NCBI RefSeq assembly: GCF_964355755.1 | Contig: NC_092674.1 | Location: 21,824,001 to 21,888,000 of the forward strand | Reading direction: 5' to 3' | DNA length: 64,000 nt | DNA from: Antedon mediterranea | Taxonomy: Eukaryota; Animalia; Echinodermata | Shown: in pieces, positions 24,480-34,700 of the stretch | Layout of the letters: every line of letters begins with the position of its first letter | Numbering within the stretch: position 1 is the first letter of the stretch | Notes under the pieces: model-generated | What the model was told of the DNA's origin: nothing | Databases searched by the model: none | What the model saw: only the letters and a program-made list of their open reading frames with translations | Position numbers and translations under genes: made by a program

Positions 24480-26840
24480 GGGTACAACACTTGTAAAAAA
24501 AAATTGTTTTGTACAAAAACATTGACTGGGTACAAAAACGGAGGCAGGGTATAAAAACAGTGGCAGGGTACAAAAACACTGGCAGAGTACACAAACAGCG
24601 ACAGGGTACAAAAACGGTGGCAGGGTACAAAATCGATGGCAGCTGGGTACAAAAACAGTAGCAGGGTACAAAAACAGTAGCAGGGTACAAAAACAGTAGC
24701 AGGGTACAAAAACAGTAGCAGGGTACAAAAACAGTAGCAGGGTACAAAAACAGTGGCAGGGTACAAAAACGGTGACAGGGTACAAAATAGATGGCAGCTG
24801 GGTACAAAAACAGTAGCAGGGTACAAAAACAGTGGCAGGGTACAAAAACGGTGGCAGGGTACAAAAACGGTGGCAGGGTACAAAAACGATGGCAGATGGG
24901 TACAAAAACAGTGGCAGGGTACAAAAATAGTGGAAGGGTACAAAAACAGTGGCAGGGTACAAAAACGGTGGCAGGGTACAAAAACGGTGGCAGGGTACAA
25001 AAACGATGGCAGATGGGTACAAAAACAGTGGCAGGGTACAAAAATAGTGGAAGGGTACAAAAACGGTGGCAGGGTACAAAAACGATGGCAGCTGGGTACA
25101 AAAAAAGTGGCAGGGTACAAAAAAAGTGGCAGGGTACAACATCGATGGCAGTTGGGTACAAAAAATGAGCAGGGTACAAAAAATGAGCAGGGTACAAAAA
25201 CAGTGGAGGGTACAAAAACGGTGGCAGGGTACAAAAACGGTGGCAGGGTACAAAAACGATAGCAGCTCGGTACAAAAACAGTGGCAGGGTACAAAAACGG
25301 TGGCAGGGTACAAAAACGGTGGCAGGATACAAAAACGGTGGCAGGGTACAAAAACAGTGGCAGGGTACAAAAACGGTGGCAGGGTACAAAAACGATGGCA
25401 GGGTACAAAAACGATGGCAGCTGGGTACAAAAACAGTGGCAGGGTACAAAAACGATGGCAGCTGGGTACAAAAACGGTGGCAGGGTACAAAAACGGTGGC
25501 AGTGTACAAAAACAGCGTCAATGATTTTATACAATAGTTCGCGGGAAATCTGATTGCTGACCTTATACAGGAATAAATACTTAGTGGTTGTGATATTCCA
25601 TTTATTTAATTTAATGGGAAAGTATATCTTTCACAAAATGTCAAAAATATCTTTGTATGTCAGGCAGTGTTTAAAAGGCTGGAAGGCCCTGGTGGAAGGG
25701 TACAAACAGTGCCAGGGTACAAAAACGATGGCAGGGTACAAAAACGATGGCAGCTGGGTACAAAAACAGTGGCAGGGTACAAAAACGATGGCAGCTGGGT
25801 ACAAAAACAGTGGCAGGGTACAACATCGATGGCAGTTGGGTACAAAAAATGAGCAGGGTACAAAAACAGTGGAGGGTACAAAAACGGTGGCAGGGTACAA
25901 AAACGGTGGCAGGGTACATAAACGATAGCAGCTCGGTACAAAAACAGTGGCAGGGTACAAAAACGGTGGCAGGATACAAAAACGGTGGCAGGGTACAAAA
26001 ACAGTGGCAGGGTACAAAAACGGTGGCAGGGTACAAAAACGATGGCAGGGTACAAAAACGATGGCAGCTGGGTACAAAAACAGTCGCAGGGTACATAAAC
26101 AGTGGCAAAGTACACAAACAGTGGCAGAGTACAAAAACGGTGGCAGGGTACAAAAAAAGTGGCAGGGTACAAAAACGGTGGCAGTACAAAATCGATGGCA
26201 GCTGGGTACAAAAACGGTGGCAGGGTACAAAAACGATGGCAGATGGGTACAAAAACAGTGGCAAGGTACAAAAATAGTGGCAGGGTACAAAAACGGTGAC
26301 ATGGTACAAAAACGGTATCAGGGTACAAAAACAGAGACAGGGTATGACAAGCAGTGGTCTATGGTACAAAAACTTGTGTTGTATACAAAGTGTCTGGGAA
26401 AAAAGACGATGACAGTGGTACAAAAAACGGTGGCAGGGATACAAAAACGGTGGCAGGATACAAAAACGGTGGCAGGCTATAAAAACAGTCGCAGGGTACA
26501 AAAACAGTCGCAGGGTACAAAAACGGTGGCAGGGTATAAAAACAGTGGCAGGGTACAAAAACAGTGGCAGGGTACAAACACGATGGCAGCTGGGTACAAA
26601 AACTGGGGCATGGTACAAAAACAGTGGCAGGGTACAAAACAGTTGCAGGGAAGAAAAACGGTGTCAGGGTACAAAAACAGAGACGGTACGACCAAGCAGT
26701 GGTCTAGGATACAAAAACTTGTGTTGTATACAAAGTTTCTGGGAAAAAAGAAGATTGCAGGGATACAAAAACGGTGGCAGGGATACAAAACAGTGGCAGG
26801 GTACACACAATTGTGTTGTACTAAAACAGTGGCAGGGTAA
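24480..26840. repeat. 19/23-bp minisatellite (GGGTACAAAAAC(A/G)GTGGCA) in two blocks, about 24480-25517 and 25690-26840
   Basis: About 100 tandem units seen directly. The two blocks are separated by a 170-bp copy of sequence at 22635-22925. Confidence 0.95.
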
Positions 26841-28599
26841 AAAACATACACACTTATTTGTAGCATTTTACGAAAAAAAGTATCAGAGTAACATCAGCAG
26901 AGCTAAACAAATGATGAAAGGGTCAGAACATTTGACTCTGGCAGATAACAGATAACATTACTTTTCAAGAGTGATAAGAAAAAAGGAAACATATTATATT
27001 CAATTTGTTAACCTAAATATATCTTTCATTTTTAATTTAAGATAATTATTTACATAATGATAAAACTTTTTAATGTGTATTAATTTAAATTGGTTATCAT
27101 CACTTGGCGTTTATTTTTATTTATATGTTTATTTTAGGGTTCTTTCATAGGTCAATCATTTTTTCCATTCAAACTTAAAAATTGGCTATTTGTAGTTTAT
27201 TGTATTAATCTTTATGGTTTATTTTACATCATTTATATCTCAATGTATATTGCATTATTGTTCTTATCTTTGATTAAATATTAATATTATGTACTGTAGT
27301 AGGCCTATACACATTTTTAAAAATGCTCAACAAAGTCTCAAACCACATAAAATCTAAAAGTTGAAACTGAATATTTAATGGCCCATGAGAATTCTAGGTA
27401 GCCTGCGCAAAGGTCATCGAGGCCAAACTTAAGAGGATGACTCAAGCTCTTCCATGTGAATCATCTCAGGTTAGACCAACCTCCAGTGGGCAGGACTTGT
27501 AGTTAGAACTTGTGGCTCAAATGACACTCCAGGGCAATAAAATCACAATAACTTACAAAGCACTGACAGTAATTGCTTGTCAAAACCAAATTGCCTAACC
27601 GTAACGCTAACGTAGCCTGGTCCGCGTAATGATCTCAGTGGCCAGTCGGCATTGTTTCGGCGCTATATCCAAGCAGTGACAATCGAGTGAGAGTGGTGGA
27701 TGTTTGTGTCAACAAAGAGGTTTATCGATCTTGTGAAATTGTTGAAAGTAACGATAAAGCCGAAGAATCTAGAGCATAATTATTAGTTATGGCTTTAAAG
27801 ATATGTAATGTTTGAAACATAAGCCACGATAATGTTAAAAGAAGTTTAATCCATTGATTAATGATACAGGAAAATTGGTATGACTTGTACCTTGATTTTA
27901 TTAGGCGAATTTCATTAAGAAATTCTGAGGCCGACTGTTAAGACAGCGCAATATCCAAAAAGTGTCATTGCGCCCTCTGTTGTGGGTTAGCTTGTTGAAA
28001 AATAGCGATTGTATCGTCACAGTAAAGTTGATTATTTTTTAATAAATAGATGGATGTTGTTATAAACAATTCATGATTGATACTTATTTGCAAGTAAAGA
28101 TTCAACTAAACAAACCCAGCAACCCACCAAACAGAACAATTATTGTCGCTGACTAATGATGAAAATTCCCCCTACTATGTTAAATACTGTTATAGTGGGG
28201 AACCTAATGTTCCAAATATCAATTATGTAAGATTTTAATGCTCAAGTTGAGTTGTTGGCAGTTTTGGAATCCTTAGGACTAGTAGAATTCATTGCAACTG
28301 GTGGCCAATTTTTCCCGACCCTATTTTGGCCGCCATCTTGGATTTCAAAATGGCCCCCATTTTTTACTCAAAACTCATAGTAGCTCCTATTTTAAACAAC
28401 AGTCCTAAAATTTATAGCATTTATGTTACCAACCTCAACCCTGCAACCCTCCAAGTAAACACACTCACTATATTATAAAATATATTATATTTTGGTTTTT
28501 GTGAATAGGTTGGGAACCCCTCATGAATGTCAAAATAAACATGCATAATTCAGTAATCATATGCTTAGGTCTTGTCCAGGTCCCTAATTTCCAGAGGCG

Positions 28600-28677
28600 T
28601 GGCCATGTTTTCGAGAACTATTCATGTACACTCACGCATATAGACCCACTAGAGGGTGAGCGAGCAAACCCTCTAGT
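28600..28677 (+). mobile_element. Helitron-like 3' end (hairpin + CTAGT) just upstream of the first Zisupton exon
   Basis: Palindromic arms ACTAGAGGGT(gagcgagca)AACCCTCTAGT ending in CTAGT. Confidence 0.4.
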
Positions 28678-28722
28678 AATGAAATGAGAATTAACATTTA
28701 TAGTACACATTTATATTTTCAG

Positions 28723-31700
28723 AATTTTGGAGATATACTTTTGGTAAATTGTGGAAAAAATCGGTTACTGCTGAGAACACGCCTGATCACCAGGATAGCA
28801 AATGTGATATAGATGTACGAGTAAATGAAACTTTATCACAGAAAGAAGCTGTTAACGATGACTGTGGCAGGAAACTATTAAAGAAAAATTCAAGCATACA
28901 CTGTCAGAGAGGTTATGATGAAAGAGCGAAGCAGAATTTAAATCTCCTGCCAACTGTATGCGTTGACAAAGAGGAAGGTATTTTTGCTGTTCATAAAAAT
29001 GAGAAATCTGCTCATCCCATTCATGTTGTAAAAAGGACAATTGCCAAAGGAGATATGCCAATGAATTTGTTTTGTGAGGTGGAAGAGTGCATGATGGCAG
29101 TCAATCTGGCTCGCTACAGTGGAATAACATCCTTCGAATGTATACACCTTTTATCAGTTGCTGACAGTGAACCGCATCGACAGCAGGGAATGCTCAGTAA
29201 GGACAAGTTGCTAGAGTTGTCTCAATCTCAATCACAGCAGTACTCTAAGGAAATATTACATTCTGCAGATGCATTGAACCAGGCAGCTAGAACATGTGCT
29301 AAATGCAGTGTATATCCCATTTCGCAGATGACAGAAGATAACACATTTTTGTTCTTCTCAGTTTATTGCCCCACAGTAAGCTACTACAATAAGGTGAAAA
29401 GAGTGATAGTGCATTATAAGGCGATTGACAATTCATGGAATTGTAAATGTCCAATGGGTGAGCGGTCATGTGTACATAAAGTAATGGCAAAGTGGTATAT
29501 GTTAGAAAGTGCTCCGCAACTGTTAATGAAAACACTGACCACACCAACACAAACTGAACAAACATCTAAGCCAAATGCAAGCAATTATCCTCCACCTACT
29601 GCAATGAAAAGAAAAATGGTTTCCTATTGGTTAAACAATGCCAGCAAAAGAATACCGTATCCTGTTCCAAAGAAATTCACTCAAGTCAACTTAAATTCTC
29701 TGGATCTAGTTCCTACAGAAATAAGGTGTTCACAGTGTCCAGGAAACCCAACATTGGGTCTACGAAAACTGATAACAAGTCACGCTTCAATCATTACTAT
29801 GCATAAAATTATTAAAGGCAAGTTTATGGCAATGATATGTTCAAATCATGACAATTATAATAAAAAAGTAACACAATTTCTTTCTTCGAACACAAATTGC
29901 ATTGACATGTTTGAAATGGATGAAATTACTTATTAACAACTAGAACAGCCCTCTGAGAGTGCATATACCTCCCCCTACTGTAAAATTCTCCTACATAAGA
30001 TTTTTTTTTTTTGGTGTTTTAATGTTGTGTGTGATTAGGCTAATTTCACTACAACCTTGTGTATGCGAATTTCGTGTAATGGTTATGTAACCAGCCTTTC
30101 AACTAACAATAGTTTCAGTTGACTAACAATAGAACAGCAATGCCAAAAACAAATTGAAAAGAAGTCGGTTTTTTTTAAACTACTTGTATCCAAAAACCTG
30201 TACATTATTAAATCAAATTACAAATGCCAAATTATAACTCTTGCCTCTTAATTGTACCTTTTTTGGACAAGTAGTTCTTGAGAAAATGCCATTTCAGTTT
30301 ACTTGTTACTTTAAGACTGTTCACCGGCTTTTGAAAATTGTCTCCTATCTTTTAACACTAGTAGGTCTGAAAATAATACTAAAAGTGGTCCAGAATTGGG
30401 ATCGTGGTTCGGATTGCTTCCAATGGAGTGGTCCTTGACCACATATCGATCTGTATTTTCATTTTGGTAAAGATCTTGCAATAACTTTTTGAGTAGTCCT
30501 GCTAACAAACAGACACACGCAATCGACTACATATACCTACTTGTCGGAGGTAAAGTTAATTATTGTTAATAACAGATAATCAAACACTCCCTAATAACAT
30601 TGTAATTTGTGTTTGAATAATAATTGAAATAAAATAGTTGAAAATGCCACAACTATATAATTTTAAATTATCATTAATTATTTCAGATGTTAAATTGTAC
30701 ATCAGAGAGTGTACATTATGTTCCTTGCCTTACCGATATCAAGAGTACACGGACGGAATTCACAATTTCGATGACAACTGGTTAATTTCCTTGGAACTAC
30801 TTGTGTTTTTGCGCCACAATCGGATGGTGAGTTATCCCATCCCATGGACAATGAATACAAGGACTTGCATCGGCGGCGAGATAAAACGAGCTTGCCTATA
30901 ACAATGTATCTTGCCTCAGCCCTCTATAGACAGTTTCAAATCAACTGTTAAAATTTTAAAATCATTATCAAAAACAAATGTACTCATGTATACAGTAAAT
31001 CATATATGCAGCCTCATTGCTCTATTGACTCCTCCACGGTAGTTGCAAACAATTACAACAATATGTTGCTGAACTCGATTATTTTTAATTTCATCAAAAT
31101 CGGGCGACAGAAAACTTATTTTCTTTTAATACAACCATAGCTTTTAGGTATTTTATATTATTGAAAACATAAAATTTGAAGTATTAGAATTATTACATTG
31201 TTCCAAAACCATGTAGTGATGTGCAGTGCAACAATTGTTTTAAATACATGGCTATAGGCAGCATTTTTTTCCATGAATCTCCTTAATTTATTTATCTATG
31301 TGATCTGGTGATTGTCATCTACAGTACATCACCGGGCCAAATCAAATCTAAACTGCTGCTGGCCAGTTGCGATACATGACTGACCACACACTCGTGCTCG
31401 TTTTGAAAGTAGACGCATGCCATACTTTCTCTCACTTTTTTTTCAGAGTTATATGGCTCTCGATGGTGTACTTACTGCTTTAGAAAATATGATAAATGAA
31501 AAACTACCATCAAAGGTATTACTACGTGGTTTGGAGCACTTCGAGGCCTTGAGTGAACGATCTTATAACTTTACATGTGTTGCATGTGGTATTCATCCAC
31601 CTATCCTTATAATGGAAATGCAGAAAAACGCTTGCTTTTCATTGGATGGTAAGTTTGTAGAGAAACTATTAATAGGCACAATTCATTATTGTTGTTGGTA

Positions 31701-34700
31701 CACTTTTCAAAATTATTTAACATCATTTTCAAATTATAGTTTCAGAGTTAGAGCTTCCAGATCTAACAGATGAAAATGACTCTGTCGATATTGAGGACTT
31801 TTGGACAAAAGTGAAAAAAGAAAAGCTGATAAATGGGCTACTAATAAGTAAGTGAACATTTAATTATGTTACAGTTATCATTGTATTCACTCAAAACAAT
31901 ATTAATGCAGTATAATAATATTAACAATAATTACCAGCACATACAAAATAAGTTATCGAATGCCAAAATTGAGTTTCATTGGATCAGATGTTGAAAATAT
32001 TGACTATAATCTTCAACAGAGAATGAACGAAACCCATTAAAAGTCAAACCTACATATACAAATTGGGCCCCATTTATTGGTAGACGAACCTGCTCTGCTG
32101 TTAAAGCTATCAACACTGAACATCGAAAATTTGTGCGAGACACCTCTCAACTTGAAGTTGATTGCCGGGAGACTTGTAAAAAACAACTTTTAGAAAGGCT
32201 GCTTTCACCACATATAAAGGCAGGTTTTGTAGTTTTATAAGAACAGTAGCAGAAAAATTAATTAAATGACCCTTGTTTTTTTTTTTTCTTAGTACAATAT
32301 AGTTGAGTACAACTTTTTAGATTTGCGTATATTATTTTGTTCTAACTGTGGTACTTGTTTATTTCAACATCCAGAGACTTTTTAAAATTTAATTAAACCA
32401 AACAACATTTTATAAAACACAAATTTTGCAGGTTCATCAAGTGAAAGATTTGTGCAGGGTATGTGATGTGAAACCAACCGGGTCCAAGCTTGACATGGTT
32501 TTGCAAATACAGGGCAGCAGTGTATGGGGCACTTCAGGTAAACCTTTTCAGAAAGGCATTTATTTTTTGGGTGTATGGTAACAAATAAATAAATGCCACT
32601 TGATATAAAAAAAATACAACACAATTAATATCAAGAAGTTATAAAATACAGTAAAAATTATATCAAAATACTTTGTAAATTGTAGATCTTTGAAGTCATG
32701 AATTCTACTACAAATAGAAATGTGTTCTAATACAGTATTGTGTGTAATGCACTTATTCAAAGCGAGGCATTTATTTGAATAAATACGGTATGTCTAATTT
32801 TCTAGTAGTATTACAAACAGTGATATTGCTGATATTCTGGAAATATTGATATTTTCTTTGTTACTTAACAGGTGGTTGGCTCTCTGCAAGTTGTCCACAT
32901 CAGATTGTATATGGAGTAAAATTCTTGCTCCTGGCCGAAAGTCCAAGGGACTATGTAGACTTGATTATGTCTTTGGCAAAACAACCACCAATTATTGTAT
33001 GTGATATACCCCAGATGGTTTCGAGACATGGTAACCGACGTACAGATGGAGTTATGTTTCAACCAAACGAAGGAAGATTTGTGGAACCAACTGAGGAAAA
33101 CATAAAAGCAGCCAAAGAAGGGACACTGCAAGTTCATCTTAAGACACTAGATGATGTCTATCCCAACATGAATCCTACATCCGTCACTGTAGATACAAAA
33201 GCAACACTTTGCCTCTTCAATACTTTTCATCAATTTGATACAAAAATGGAAAGGGAAGTACTACGAAAAGTTTGCCTATGCCCACAATTAAAAGGAATGT
33301 TAAATTCCCAGGTTGCAGAGCAGCTCCACAGATCTAGAGATTTCTTGAACAGCATGAACCCATCATCACACATTTTCTCTGTTTTGAATATACTAGACAG
33401 CAACAACACATCATTAAACCAGATATATGTTTCAAATATGAAGAAAGTGTTTAAGAAAGAAATAATCATCGATGACTGTAGTAAAGCAGTCATAGATACA
33501 CAAAGTCACGGTACGTTTTTGCAACCATATAACAGTTTCAGGAATTGAAACCAGACATGATACAATTACCATCATTTTGTAGAGTGACATGTATGTTACA
33601 CTACAGTTCGTATCTAAAATTAACCCATTTATATTGCAAATAGCTCATAATCGTATACTATCAACATTTTATCATATGTAATAAAGGAAATAAACAATAA
33701 CCTCAATGAAAGTTTTCCTTTTTAAATTTCATGCTAAGAATACCAATTCCCTTTAGCCCTTATTTATATTTCACCATTGTTTTTTCCAGTTATACCAATG
33801 CCCAGCAACATAAAAACAGAGAAAGCCACTGAGCAGAATGACGATGTCACCCATTCTGGTCAGTTAAACTTATATTAAAAACAATTTTTTCGATCCAGTT
33901 TTTGGTCAAAGGAATAATTATTATGTGATATTAAAATGGCATATTAAAAAAATTGTTTTTAAATATTATATCAGGGGGACAGTACAGTATATCTTTAATA
34001 GGGGTTCTACTGTATTTGAGAACCATCTGTGGGCACGACCTAGTTGGTGTGAGCGTTCCATTCAAATAAACACAATGATAAACCAAAAATTAAATACAAT
34101 ATGTTTAATTTCATTATAGAAACTGGAGAAAGAGATGTACATTCAGAGGACATCAATAATATTTATATTCCCGAAAAATATATAAACGGTAATAGAAATA
34201 AAGTAACAAAAAGCTGAATACATAAAAACACATGTAAAGTACAATTGTAAATTTTTTTTTAAATTGTTAAATTATATGAAGTATATTTAAATATATAGAG
34301 CGTATGGCATCGGTTACCTGTGTCACATTTGAGGAACTCCAAATTGGCCATATAATTATAATTTTATAAATAATAATTTGCAAATGACGAAATATATAAT
34401 ATAGACAACTTGTGCTGTCATAGTAGGGCATAATTATGACCAAACCTGATTTTTTTCAATCTGAAATATATACAATGAACAATACAGTCCAAACAAGTAT
34501 CTAAGGACAGGAATGTTGTGTATGCACAGACAATTTTCAAAATAAAATATTGATAATCATCAATTTTAGATGAGGATGAAGATATAGCAACAGACGAAAC
34601 TGATGCTGTTGCTAAAGAGTGTGACTTCAATACAACACCAGAAACAAAAAATTTGCATCACATCATTGAATCACTCCCAGAATCATGGAATGATGATATG

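Larger units (their letters stand above)
22351..27631. mobile_element. 5.28-kb non-autonomous TIR DNA transposon (CATTACGCGG..CCGCGTAATG, 2-bp AT TSD; CACTA/EnSpm-like, provisional) carrying a kinase remnant and minisatellites
   Basis: About 38-bp imperfect TIR CATTACGCGGACCAGGCTAC(T/G)TTAGCGTTACG. AT at 22349-22350 and 27632-27633. Removing the element and one AT restores the BEL frame CCA CAG TTG AGC CAA TCT CAG TGG CCA GTC GGC (PQLSQSQWPVG). Confidence 0.88.
18430..28030 (+). mobile_element. Degenerate BEL/Pao LTR retrotransposon (RNase H/A17 region, integrase, C-terminal domain, start of 3' LTR at about 27936), split by nested insertions
   Basis: Motifs SFVLAKCRVA..SIPHLQLLGALLGAQLA, WSDSTTVLTWI, FVGTRIAEIQ, ENPTDDITRG, HPIVLP, SDCGTNFKG, FNPPSAP, GGLWE, EVEGIMNSKPLGY, VTPNMLL, then YLPTL*KRQKW (about 22260) and QWPVGIVSALYPSSDNRVRVVDV (from 27634). 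Many stops and frameshifts. Confidence 0.88.

Noticed and set aside
24480-26840. CRISPR-like appearance (constant GGTACAAAAA with short variable segments)
   Set aside because: The variable parts are 9-13 bp and mutually similar, not unique spacers. The context is eukaryotic and there are no cas genes.
24407-26955. Many long overlapping ORFs (up to 375 aa; FCTLPPFLYPATVFVPC and GTKTVAGYKN repeats) on both strands
   Set aside because: Translations of a nearly stop-free 19-bp minisatellite, open in most frames on both strands. No evidence of a real protein.
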